From contig JBFXEV010000001.1 in NCBI GenBank assembly GCA_050179755.1, positions 35,186 through 99,185 of the forward strand: a stretch of 64,000 bases of DNA, in the 5' to 3' direction. Position numbers and translations under genes: made by a program. This document shows, in pieces, positions 19,199 to 29,106 of the stretch. The notes under the pieces are model-generated. The model was not told the DNA's origin, did no database searches, and was given only the letters and a program-made list of their open reading frames with translations. The first letter of the stretch is position 1. Each line of letters begins with the position of its first letter. Origin of the DNA: Candidatus Babeliales bacterium. GTDB lineage: Bacteria > Babelota > Babeliae > Babelales > JBFXEV01.

Positions 19199-21193
19199 AT
19201 GAAAAATTTGTTATATCTGGCCATGTTGTTTTTTAGCGCATCATTAATCAATGAACAAATATTTGCAGAAACTCTAAACAGAAACAACAATCGATTATGT
19301 TGTCCAAATAAAAAACAATGTAAAACATTCATCAACATTACTGCGCACGATATTAACCAAGCATCACAAGACAGCGCACAAGGATTGGTACTTGATAAGC
19401 CAAATACTAATTATAAGCTGTGCGAAAATGTAAACTGGACAACTTCAAGACCTAATAGTTTTGCTATTACCATTGCTGCTGATAACGTAACTCTTGATCT
19501 TAACGGTCATACTATAAAACAACAAGATATAACCCAAGCTGCCAGCTTTGCCATTAACGTATTAGGCACCACAAATTTTACGATTATACAAAATGGAACT
19601 TTACAACAAATTTCTGGTGGCGGGATTCTTGTGAATGCCGGAGCACATTGTCTTACTATTGACGCAATCACCTGTAATCAGTGTTGCTACAATGGTCAAA
19701 CTGCGGTGGTTCCTCCGCTTCCTGGACTAGATAATGCTGCTTCGGCACTGTTATTTAATGGATCTCCAGATGCCCTGATAGAAGACGTTATTATTACTAA
19801 TTGCAGATTCTGTGATAATGGAATAATTGGTACGGCTCCCGTATGGTTCACAGGAACAGTTTCTAATAGCACTACGTTAACTTTAACAGAGCCTCCGTTA
19901 TATCCTGTGACGCCCGGCTTTATTCTTTCAAGCGGTGGAACTATACTTGGCACAATTGTTTCACAAGAATCACCAACAACATTTACTATTTCTCCAACGT
20001 CAGATATCGGGCCAGTGGCCATGACCGTAACTGATCCAAATGGTGCCTTTATTCCGTTTGGCAATGTTTCATTTATGTATGTAGCTTTTGCATCAAATAT
20101 TACCGTTGAAAACTGCATTGGCTCTGGTAACTTTGGTTATTTTTTCTCGTTTGCTTTATTCTTTGTAAAATCTGAATTTATCAACATCTCTAATGTAAAA
20201 ATAAATAGCCCAACTACTTTTGTACTATGCAAGGGTATGGAATTCGCGGGTTGCAATAATGTCATTGCACAAGACATAGATATAACTAATCTAACTATGA
20301 ATTTTACACCTGACGCAGATAACTTTGCTATTGGCCATGGCGCAGAAGGTATCAAATGTGGATCGAGCTTTGATTGTATTTTCCGCCGCATCAACTTTAG
20401 CCGTAGTCGCGTACAAACACAGGTGCCAACTGCCTTGACAGCGCCGACTGCTTATGTAGATTGCTGCGGCATATTTTATGATGTGCTTTCCGGCCTTGGT
20501 CCTATTAGAAATATCGTTGTAGAAGATTGTACAGCAGTAGATATGCGCAGTGATGGTGGCAAAGTCGCAAGTAATGTCTCGTATACTGCCGGCTTTAATA
20601 ATAGCTCAGCAATTCTCTTTGGAACTATCCAAGAAGAAATGAATAATTTACGTTATGAAGGTTGTTCAGCTTCAGGCATTTTTGCAGAAGTTGGTTGGGC
20701 TTATGGATTTGGTTCTTCACCAGAACCAAACTTTATTGCAATTGAAAACGATATTTCGTATGTAAATTGCATGGCGGAGGATATTACTATTACAGGTTCA
20801 GGCATTTTCGCAGCAGGATATATTCTTACAGCTGAAAGAAATATTATACGCGATTGCTCAGCAAATCGTATTTTGGATGAACGACCAAATCCTGCAGCGT
20901 ATGGTGTTTTACTCGATAATTTAGGTGATGGCAACCAAGCAAGAGCGTGTATCATTGCAGAAAATACTATCACTAATTGTTCGACAACTGGAATTTTGGA
21001 CATTAGTACCTTAAATAACAATATCGTAAACAGTAATTATGCAGCATTGAACGGATTTTTAGGAGCTGGACCAAACTATGTTGGCCTTGCGCCAAGCAGT
21101 GCAGCCTTAATTCAAGATTGGCCACTAAATGGCGTGCCTGCAGCTCCGCCGGTGGGTGGGCCCGTATTGGCAAACGTTTCTGTACATAACTAA
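19199..21193 (+). CDS. Secreted right-handed parallel beta-helix protein, paralog 2
   Basis: Colinear with 17137..19140 (INITAHDIN, LQQISGGG, LTLTEPPLYP, IGHGAEG, SYTAGFN). Confidence 0.75.
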   Translation: MKNLLYLAMLFFSASLINEQIFAETLNRNNNRLCCPNKKQCKTFINITAHDINQASQDSAQGLVLDKPNTNYKLCENVNWTTSRPNSFAITIAADNVTLDLNGHTIKQQDITQAASFAINVLGTTNFTIIQNGTLQQISGGGILVNAGAHCLTIDAITCNQCCYNGQTAVVPPLPGLDNAASALLFNGSPDALIEDVIITNCRFCDNGIIGTAPVWFTGTVSNSTTLTLTEPPLYPVTPGFILSSGGTILGTIVSQESPTTFTISPTSDIGPVAMTVTDPNGAFIPFGNVSFMYVAFASNITVENCIGSGNFGYFFSFALFFVKSEFINISNVKINSPTTFVLCKGMEFAGCNNVIAQDIDITNLTMNFTPDADNFAIGHGAEGIKCGSSFDCIFRRINFSRSRVQTQVPTALTAPTAYVDCCGIFYDVLSGLGPIRNIVVEDCTAVDMRSDGGKVASNVSYTAGFNNSSAILFGTIQEEMNNLRYEGCSASGIFAEVGWAYGFGSSPEPNFIAIENDISYVNCMAEDITITGSGIFAAGYILTAERNIIRDCSANRILDERPNPAAYGVLLDNLGDGNQARACIIAENTITNCSTTGILDISTLNNNIVNSNYAALNGFLGAGPNYVGLAPSSAALIQDWPLNGVPAAPPVGGPVLANVSVHN

Positions 21194-21212
21194 TGTAATA
21201 CAAAATCCTTAC

Positions 21213-21247
21213 AAAGAAAGGCCACATTGCTGTGGCCTTTCTTTTTT
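21213..21247 (+). terminator. Rho-independent terminator
   Basis: AAAGAAAGGCCACA-TTGC-TGTGGCCTTTCTTTTTT. Confidence 0.85.
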
Positions 21248-21343
21248 AACTGGCATCTTAATACTTTAAGTACTTGTAGTACACATAGAGTTACAGTATA
21301 CTACGAGCACCTAGATATTATTAATTAAGAGCTCGTAGATATT

Positions 21344-22894
21344 ATGAACATACACCTCAAAAAAAATATATTTTTCCCTTTTCTTCTTAGTTTTACTCTC
21401 GTATGCCTTGCCCACGTCTATACACAAAAAAATGAAGCATCCTCCAAAATTATATACATTACCGAAACTGAAATTAACGCAGCTTCATTACAGAACGCTC
21501 ATGGCTATGTTATTAACAAGCCTGGCATATATATTTTGGAGAATGTTAATTGGAATGTAGCAAAGCCTGACAATTTTGCTTTAACCATTGCAACAGACAA
21601 TGTACAGCTCGATGGTACAAATACACGTATTAAACAAATGGATTCTTTAATTAAACACGCTATTGCTATTCAAATACAAGAAAATTGTAAGAATATACAA
21701 ATTAGTAACGTTGTTTTTGATTCTCTTTCCGGTGGCGGCATATGGTGCCGTGGCAACAACACAAATATTATCATTAAAAACTGCAAATTTACTAATTGCG
21801 GCTATTTTGGCAACACACAACTAGATTCAAAAAATTTACCTTTTAATGCACCACGAGCGTGCACGCAAGGCATATTATTTGATGGAGGCCATGGCAAGCC
21901 AATTGTTAATGCACAGGTAGTTGATTGCCTTTTTGCAGAATCCGGCATTCTGCGTACAGGTCAACAAGTTTTTGAATCAGATTGTGGTGCAGTACTTGCT
22001 TACCATGTACATGACCTAACGATTAAAGGTTGCACTATTGATGGCTGTGTAGGCAAAAACACAGCCTATGCTATAAGCCTCATTGATATATCAAACGCAT
22101 TAGTTTCCGATATATTTATCACTGATATTTTTTCAAGTGGCCATGCAGAAGGAATTTTTGCCTATGATGTTGATGGGCAAGTTATTGATGCATCGCAAAC
22201 TGCTATTTTGTCTGGTTTGCCAGCGCATAAATATAGTTACATGCTTGATACGCATGACAGTTATAAGGAATTTGTGCTTCCTGATCCAAATTACCAGATA
22301 GAAGCCAATCATCTAAAAGGTATAATACCCAAACATACGCAAATGATTGAAACCTTATTCAATGAACATAAATGGCGTGAATTTAGAACGCTTGGCAGAT
22401 TAGTATGCCATCATGCAGATAAACGATCTGAAACTACAAGAATTTATGGAAAATGGGTAGAGCTTTTATGTGAACGAGTTCTTAATGTAAAAGTAAAAGT
22501 AGTGGGAGCATTTGCTAATTTATATGAAAACGGCAACATCCCGTTACCAGCACATCGTGACCAATATAAAAAATGGATTATTGGTTTAAGTTTTGGAGGT
22601 CCGAGAACATTAGAATTTGTGCCTGATGATCCTAGAGCTCAAATTGCATCGTTTGTAATGGATTCAGGTGACGTATTTATTTTTTCACCTGATGTAAATA
22701 ATCGTTATCAACATAGAATGCAAGAAGAACCAAGCAGCACTAGCCGCCGCATTAATCTCACCTATTTTATAGATATTTTACCAGGTCAAAATGCAAACAA
22801 CTTAGTACACGCACCAAATATCAACGCTTCAATTATTCCTACCTATGAAGAAGCAGAAACTCTTTACAATCTACAAAAAGGAGCTGTTATATAA
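21344..22894 (+). CDS. Exported beta-helix protein fused to a C-terminal AlkB-like 2OG-Fe(II) dioxygenase
   Basis: N-terminal part paralogous to the two upstream genes; C-terminal ANLYENG..AHRD..GLSFGGPR..GDVFIF..YQH..RRINLT. Confidence 0.75.
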   Translation: MNIHLKKNIFFPFLLSFTLVCLAHVYTQKNEASSKIIYITETEINAASLQNAHGYVINKPGIYILENVNWNVAKPDNFALTIATDNVQLDGTNTRIKQMDSLIKHAIAIQIQENCKNIQISNVVFDSLSGGGIWCRGNNTNIIIKNCKFTNCGYFGNTQLDSKNLPFNAPRACTQGILFDGGHGKPIVNAQVVDCLFAESGILRTGQQVFESDCGAVLAYHVHDLTIKGCTIDGCVGKNTAYAISLIDISNALVSDIFITDIFSSGHAEGIFAYDVDGQVIDASQTAILSGLPAHKYSYMLDTHDSYKEFVLPDPNYQIEANHLKGIIPKHTQMIETLFNEHKWREFRTLGRLVCHHADKRSETTRIYGKWVELLCERVLNVKVKVVGAFANLYENGNIPLPAHRDQYKKWIIGLSFGGPRTLEFVPDDPRAQIASFVMDSGDVFIFSPDVNNRYQHRMQEEPSSTSRRINLTYFIDILPGQNANNLVHAPNINASIIPTYEEAETLYNLQKGAVI

Positions 22895-22964
22895 AAATAA
22901 TTGTAACTCTTGCATTTAAGTGCCTCTTCTTGGCATACTACAAACAACAAAGCAAGAGGCTCCA

Positions 22965-24398
22965 ATGCAGCATCACCTCACTCTCTGCATCTTCACCATC
23001 ACCATGCCAATCTTTACGATGGAACCTTTTCTCTTAACAGATCAAGTACCTCAACTTCACGAACTGTGCATGCGCCATATTGTAAAAGCCATAAGCTCTC
23101 ATAAACCAGAATTTTGCCGTGACCGCGAGTTCCACATAGGCAAACTGCAACAAGAAAATGCTACACTTCTTGAACAAGAAACCTGTGAAGATCTTAGAAT
23201 AAAACTTAAAACACTTATACTTGAATGTTACCATGCATACCTTGAAGGTTGCCCCTGGCAAGAAGTAAAACCAACGCTAACCCCGACAGCTTCTCTTCTT
23301 AATGATCCAACGTTTTGCTATGATTATGCACCAGACCAAAAACTGCTTGCAGCTTTTATTAAAACACAAAAACAAAAATCTCTTCTACAGCTCTTTAGTC
23401 TTAAAAAGAAAGCTTTAATCTCGTTAGTAAGCATGGATCTAAGTACGTATAATAATGTACATAGTATTAAATTTAGCCCTCGTGGATCATATGTAGCAGT
23501 AGCTTATGGTGAACCTAACCATCGCCTTGAACATGTACTTATTCCCATTATACAATGCGCTCCAGGCTACATGCAAAAACGGCGTTTCCACATGCCTTCA
23601 CTAAAAAAAGTACATGTCTATTCTGTGCATTTCAGCCCTGATGAGAGATATTTAATTACTCGTTCACTCCATAAAGTAACAATCAGCGATTTATTAAGTG
23701 ACCAAATGAAACACTCTGAGATTGTGCCAATTACTGGCACCATCAAAAAAGATTATGCGTATGTGATGATAAGCCCTACCAGTTACCATCTTGCAGCACG
23801 TCAATATGGAGGCACTATTGATATTTATTCATATGCCAATGGCACACCTTATTTAATCTCCAGATTTGTATCTAATTTTCTTAATAATAGATTTCATTGG
23901 ATGCCTTGTGGCACCAAATTGCTTATACAAGAAGCAAATACCAATCTTTATTGGAGCCCCTACACAGATACTATGCAAAATCTCACCACGCGCTTTCCAC
24001 TTATTCATGATCATGTGATGGCGCACAGCCCATGCCAAAAATATCTTGCATATAGTTCGCCAGTTGGAACAGTAATACTTGATAGCAAACTAAATAAATA
24101 TTGGATTCTTAGTAAATTTCTTCCAAGCAGAATGACCTTTGATAAGCAGAGCAACCTGAGCATATTGCAATCAGATGGCACTACTACCACCCATGCACCA
24201 TATGAATATGGTGCAATGTCATTACCACAACTTCTATCAGTATGTTGGCTTGCAAAAAGTGTGCTTAATCCACATAAAAATACCAGTGCATTAGATAGCC
24301 ACCATGCTGCCCATTGTATTACTGCCACAGAGGGGTTTCAATCTTTGCCAAGGCCAATACAGCTAGTGTTTATAAAGCGGATTAAAGGAAAACTATAA
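22965..24398 (+). CDS. Secreted WD40/beta-propeller-like protein
   Basis: ATG at 22965 after AAGAGG; signal peptide; blade motifs FSPRGSYVA, FSPDERYL, ISPTSYHLA, HSPCQKYLA. Confidence 0.65.
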   Translation: MQHHLTLCIFTITMPIFTMEPFLLTDQVPQLHELCMRHIVKAISSHKPEFCRDREFHIGKLQQENATLLEQETCEDLRIKLKTLILECYHAYLEGCPWQEVKPTLTPTASLLNDPTFCYDYAPDQKLLAAFIKTQKQKSLLQLFSLKKKALISLVSMDLSTYNNVHSIKFSPRGSYVAVAYGEPNHRLEHVLIPIIQCAPGYMQKRRFHMPSLKKVHVYSVHFSPDERYLITRSLHKVTISDLLSDQMKHSEIVPITGTIKKDYAYVMISPTSYHLAARQYGGTIDIYSYANGTPYLISRFVSNFLNNRFHWMPCGTKLLIQEANTNLYWSPYTDTMQNLTTRFPLIHDHVMAHSPCQKYLAYSSPVGTVILDSKLNKYWILSKFLPSRMTFDKQSNLSILQSDGTTTTHAPYEYGAMSLPQLLSVCWLAKSVLNPHKNTSALDSHHAAHCITATEGFQSLPRPIQLVFIKRIKGKL

Positions 24399-24932
24399 TA
24401 TATATTTTTTTAATACGCGATGCTGCGCGCCTTCAGCAGTAAGTTTAGACTCTTTTAGCACAAAAGAATTTATCTTAAAAGTGCATGAAGGAATATCAAT
24501 ACGTTCAAGTCTTTCTAAAAACTTAATTTGATCTTTAATAAATTTCACACGCGCAATGGTAATATGACTTAAAAAAGCACGATCTTCCACCACAGCATAT
24601 TCTTTTGCAATGGATTGAATGTGCGCCACAAGCTCAAGCAATTCCTGGCCAAGTAAATCAATATACACTATTCTTAAGTCTTTATTTTGTGGCAAAATGC
24701 CTAATTGCCCTAATCTGACAGTAAAAGGGCTAAACTTAATTGCATCTAATGCAAGTCGTAGCGCACTAACTTTATTCTCAGGAACTTCGCCAAAAAAGTG
24801 CAACGTAAGATGCAACTGATCCCGTAGCACCAAGCGCAAATCACCACAACCAAGGTCTAATATTTTTCTTTGAATAGCAACTAATATATCTTTAACTTGC
24901 TCAGGAAATTCCAGTGCAACAAAGATGCGCAT
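24393..24932 (-). CDS. thpR: RNA 2',3'-cyclic phosphodiesterase (2H family, ThpR/LigT)
   Basis: MRIFVAL, HLTLHFFG and HITIAR (two HxT motifs). Confidence 0.9.
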   Translation of the reverse strand: MRIFVALEFPEQVKDILVAIQRKILDLGCGDLRLVLRDQLHLTLHFFGEVPENKVSALRLALDAIKFSPFTVRLGQLGILPQNKDLRIVYIDLLGQELLELVAHIQSIAKEYAVVEDRAFLSHITIARVKFIKDQIKFLERLERIDIPSCTFKINSFVLKESKLTAEGAQHRVLKKYIL

Positions 24933-26390
24933 TTACCCACCTTTAATTACTGCTAAAGGTGTCAAGCGCACAACTTTGCGCGCAATTTTAGATTTTTGCA
25001 CCACATCAACCACATCTTCTACGTCTTTATAAGCAATAGGTGCCTCTTCAGAAAGGCCTGCATCTGAATCACAACGAATTAGAATGCCATGCGCTTCAAG
25101 GTCTTTACGTAATTCTGTACCACGAATAGTTTTTTTAGCTTTTGCCCGCGAAAGCCTACGCCCTGCTCCATGGCATGATGATCCAAATGCAACTTGCATA
25201 CCTTCTTCTGTACCCACAAGTACATATGAAGACGTGCCCATGGTTCCAGGAATAAGAACTGGATGGCCGTATGCACGGTATTGCTCCGGAACCTCAGGAT
25301 GCCCTGCTGGGAATGCACGCGTTGCGCCCTTGCGATGCACTAATAATTTTGTTGGTTTATCATTCAGAATATGTGTTTCTAATTTGCCCATGTTATGTGA
25401 AAGATCATACACCATAGACACTTTAGCATCTTTGCCCACTGTAGCCTCAAATGCTTCGCGCACCCAATGGCCAATCAAGTGCCGATTTGCCCATGCAAAA
25501 TTTGCAGCGCCTTTCATAGCACTAAAATACTCTTGCGCTTCACGCGTTTGAAAGGGCGCACATACAAGCTCTCGGTCAGGTAATTCAATACCCCATTCTT
25601 TTACTTTTGGCATCATCAAACGCACATAGTCAGTGCATACTTGATGACCAAGTCCACGGGAGCCACAATGAATCATCACAACGACTTGATTGAGCTTTAA
25701 GCCAAAGGCTTGTGCAATTTTTGCATCAAAAATTTCATCAACACGTTGTACTTCAAGAAAGTGATTACCTGAACCTAAAGTTCCAAGTTGATCAGACCCT
25801 CTTTTTTTTGCTTGCTCAGAAATAGAACGCGGATCAGCATCAGGCATGCACCCATTTTCTTCACAACGGTCAATATCACCGAGCTGGCCATACCCTTGCG
25901 TAAGCATATATGGCGCACCACCTTTAATAACGTTATCAAGCTCACCAAGAGATAATTTAACTTTGCCTCCTTGCCCCACGCCAGAGGGCACGCGTGCAAA
26001 AAGTTCATCAGCAAGTTTGGGCAAATACGGTTTGAGTTCATCAGCATTCATATTTACCGCAAGCAAGCGAACGCCACAATTAATATCATAGCCAATGCCA
26101 CCAGGAGAAATAACACCACCTTGATCAACAATTGTTGCTGCTACGCCGCCAATTGGAAAACCATATCCTTGATGAATATCTGGCATGGCCAGTGCACGCT
26201 TTGCAATACCAGGAAGCGTTGCTACATTTGCAAGCTGCCATAATGAACGATCTTCTAAAATATCATCTATTATTGCTTCACTTGCAAATAAACGCGCGGG
26301 AACTTGCATATCTGCTCTGAATTCTCTTGGAATTTCATAAACAGTTTCATCAAGTTTTATTAAATCTTTTTTCTTTACTTCTTGTTCCAT
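24933..26390 (-). CDS. rtcB: RNA ligase RtcB (archaeal-like, long form)
   Basis: PDIHQGYGFPIG, GYDINCG, GSGNHF, HCGSRG, SHN, HRKGAT, SCHGAGR. Confidence 0.97.
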   Translation of the reverse strand: MEQEVKKKDLIKLDETVYEIPREFRADMQVPARLFASEAIIDDILEDRSLWQLANVATLPGIAKRALAMPDIHQGYGFPIGGVAATIVDQGGVISPGGIGYDINCGVRLLAVNMNADELKPYLPKLADELFARVPSGVGQGGKVKLSLGELDNVIKGGAPYMLTQGYGQLGDIDRCEENGCMPDADPRSISEQAKKRGSDQLGTLGSGNHFLEVQRVDEIFDAKIAQAFGLKLNQVVVMIHCGSRGLGHQVCTDYVRLMMPKVKEWGIELPDRELVCAPFQTREAQEYFSAMKGAANFAWANRHLIGHWVREAFEATVGKDAKVSMVYDLSHNMGKLETHILNDKPTKLLVHRKGATRAFPAGHPEVPEQYRAYGHPVLIPGTMGTSSYVLVGTEEGMQVAFGSSCHGAGRRLSRAKAKKTIRGTELRKDLEAHGILIRCDSDAGLSEEAPIAYKDVEDVVDVVQKSKIARKVVRLTPLAVIKGG

Positions 26391-26398
26391 TTTAAAAC

Positions 26399-26836
26399 CT
26401 ATATATCAAACACAATATCTACTTGATACCCATCATTAGTTTTAAGTATTTTAAGATCGTGATAAGTAACCGCTTTAATTTCAATGCCAAACCGTTTAAC
26501 TGGCACACCCTTAATCGTTGCTTCTAATGCGCGTTCATTAAATATGTGTACATCAACCGCAAGATAAGCCTCATTATGCACATCACTTAAATATAACGCT
26601 TCAGATAAAAAATCAATAAGGAGCAAATCAACTTCAGATGAAGCTATTTTAATAGTGTGATGCGCAGGTAATAATTGGCAAACCACTCGCTCATCTATAA
26701 TCTTACATTGAGGAACAACGGGCTCAATAGATTGGAACATACCAATAAGAGCATTAGAAAATAATTCAGACAATGATGCCCCATAAACCCGAATTTTTAA
26801 ATCGGCTGTATGGGGCAACGCTTCAAAATCTCTCAT
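26399..26836 (-). CDS. Archease (RtcB activator)
   Basis: HTADL, IKAVTYH, C-terminal VFDI; directly upstream of rtcB. Confidence 0.93.
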   Translation of the reverse strand: MRDFEALPHTADLKIRVYGASLSELFSNALIGMFQSIEPVVPQCKIIDERVVCQLLPAHHTIKIASSEVDLLLIDFLSEALYLSDVHNEAYLAVDVHIFNERALEATIKGVPVKRFGIEIKAVTYHDLKILKTNDGYQVDIVFDI

Positions 26837-26847
26837 GAATATCTTAT

Positions 26848-27408
26848 CTAGTAATTACCACAACCACTTGACCAACACGATGCACCGCAAGCCTCAGCAA
26901 CTACTCTTTTTGGAACTTTAACAAGAACTGTTTTCCAATAACCTGGAAATATAATTTCTTCTGTTCTTATCTCATATTCATCTTCTTGAGGTCGAGTTGA
27001 AGCTCCTTCTGCCGTTGGCTTTTCTGCTACCATTACTCTTGCAGCAGCATTTAATTGTTCTTGAGATGCTACTCGAGCCACGCCAATAGCCGCAACCCTT
27101 GCCACTAATCCTGAGCTGCCCGCATCCATTCTTTCTTGAGGTGCAGTGGCGACATGGTCTGTAGCATCTGTCATCGCAACAGCTGACGGTGCTTGAGCAT
27201 GCAGATTGGTAATATCTTTAAGCGGAACTTTATTACTATCGGAAGAAGAAGAAAGCTGCGTACGGCCTTGGTCTGGTAAATCTGCCAATTCTTGTCTTGA
27301 TGGTATTCTAGTAACAGTACCAGGAATAGCTACGCTGGGCAGCATTCCTTGTGCCACATCAAAAAATCCGAAAAAAACCAACCCGAAAAAAAACGAACGT
27401 TTGAGCAT
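26848..27408 (-). CDS. Hypothetical secreted low-complexity protein
   Basis: Signal-peptide-like N-terminus, Ala/Ser-rich body; no recognisable domain. Confidence 0.55.
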   Translation of the reverse strand: MLKRSFFFGLVFFGFFDVAQGMLPSVAIPGTVTRIPSRQELADLPDQGRTQLSSSSDSNKVPLKDITNLHAQAPSAVAMTDATDHVATAPQERMDAGSSGLVARVAAIGVARVASQEQLNAAARVMVAEKPTAEGASTRPQEDEYEIRTEEIIFPGYWKTVLVKVPKRVVAEACGASCWSSGCGNY

Positions 27409-27581
27409 AAAACATCCTTGTTTGAAAATAATATTAATTTTATTGCATATGCCGCATAAAACTCTTGATTAGTGTAGCAGATCTTATGTGCGTGTCGAAC
27501 GATTTTTTTAAAAAAGACCATTTGTTAATTACCTAAATCTGGAGTACACCTAGTATAAGTTATTTTTAAAAAGGGATTTTT

Positions 27582-29042
27582 ATGAACAAATTTTGCTCTT
27601 TCATGTACCTTATGCTTATATTTGCTTCACTAAACGCACACGAAAATAAACTACCCAGAGCGCGTTCAAAAGAACTGGCGTATGAACGCCACTTACTAAG
27701 TTCTTTTTGTTTTGACCAAACAATGGACCCAATTGTTTTTAAATATCTATTTTCAAATAATCTCCAGTATGCTCAAGATTTTGCAGATCGTCTTAATGCT
27801 ATCATTAAAGTTTTTTTTAATCTCGTAAGCGCAGATATTTGTATGCGCACGCACGCATGCCTTATCTTTACCAAACTTCAGATTGAAGAACCCTATAATG
27901 GTACGCTGCAAAAAGTAATTAATGAACTTATCCCTCTCTATTTTGATTCCCATGGTTGCCTTGTGCATCTTGACGCACAAGACACAAAAACACGTAATTT
28001 TTGCATTGCACAGTTATTAAAAAATGGCATAGATAATGATACTTATAAAAAGCTTCTTCATATCTTTAATTTCAATGATGTGGCGTGCTATGAAGAAAAA
28101 ACAAGCTCATATATAAGTGAAAACCTCTATCATTTTGCTACAGGCGGCTGGCTGCCATCTATTACCTGGTACCCACATAACATTAAACAACGTATTGCTG
28201 AGCACGCGCACAATCGGCACATTGAAGAATTACTTACTTTATGCGTAGACACTGACTTTATTGTTGCTCATAGTTTTATTACTACGCATTCACACCCAGT
28301 ATTACGCGAGCTTTTTACTGAAAGTTATAAAGACTATACGCAAAAATACTGTAATGCCTGCGGCATTATCAAAGAATATGAAGATGATCCTTATTGGGCA
28401 TCGCTCTCACCCGAAGATCAAGCGCACTATAGCAATGATTTAGAAAAAATTATGGCGCTAAATACGACATTAAAAAAGCGATCCGAACAAAAAAGGAAAC
28501 TCCAAGAAAATTGGGCAATAGATGAACATGCACCTACCTATGTGCATGCAACGCTTTTTGAACTCCTTGAATTTCTTGAAACAACCAGTTATTGTATAGG
28601 CCATATATTTGAAATCATGCAAAAATATTCCGCTGACGAACAGCAAGAATTGCAAAAAGCTCTCTTTCTCAAAAACGGGATCCTTAAACAATTTGCTCTT
28701 TTTAGCGATTCTTCACGTTATTCTTTCCCGCAGCAACTTTTTTCTGAACCAGATATGCTTCTTGAAATAAATAAACTTTTCTATCTTCAGCATATGCATC
28801 AAAATTCATATGAAGGTATTATTGCTCGTATTACCTTAGATCAACTGCATGCATTCTATGATCCGCAACTTAACAAAATGCCCAAATTGATTGATTATGA
28901 TTTAGAGACGATGCAAAATCCCAGCTTTTTTACACGCATGCAATCAAGAATAGAGAAAATTACAAATCGCATGCCATATTACACAACAACCTATACTTCG
29001 ATTAAGAAGGCAATTGCATATATCATAAGTAATTTTTCTTAA
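27582..29042 (+). CDS. Secreted hypothetical protein, paralog of the central domain of the downstream toxin
   Basis: Signal peptide (SLNA-HEN); shared blocks RTHACLIF, ELIPxYFD, ATGxWLPSxTWYP, ALFLxNGILK with 29107..31938. Confidence 0.75.
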   Translation: MNKFCSFMYLMLIFASLNAHENKLPRARSKELAYERHLLSSFCFDQTMDPIVFKYLFSNNLQYAQDFADRLNAIIKVFFNLVSADICMRTHACLIFTKLQIEEPYNGTLQKVINELIPLYFDSHGCLVHLDAQDTKTRNFCIAQLLKNGIDNDTYKKLLHIFNFNDVACYEEKTSSYISENLYHFATGGWLPSITWYPHNIKQRIAEHAHNRHIEELLTLCVDTDFIVAHSFITTHSHPVLRELFTESYKDYTQKYCNACGIIKEYEDDPYWASLSPEDQAHYSNDLEKIMALNTTLKKRSEQKRKLQENWAIDEHAPTYVHATLFELLEFLETTSYCIGHIFEIMQKYSADEQQELQKALFLKNGILKQFALFSDSSRYSFPQQLFSEPDMLLEINKLFYLQHMHQNSYEGIIARITLDQLHAFYDPQLNKMPKLIDYDLETMQNPSFFTRMQSRIEKITNRMPYYTTTYTSIKKAIAYIISNFS

Positions 29043-29106
29043 CCATTGCTTAAATAAGAAAACTATAGTACAAATAGTAGGTCGGTATGTACATCACAGG
29101 AGCCAT

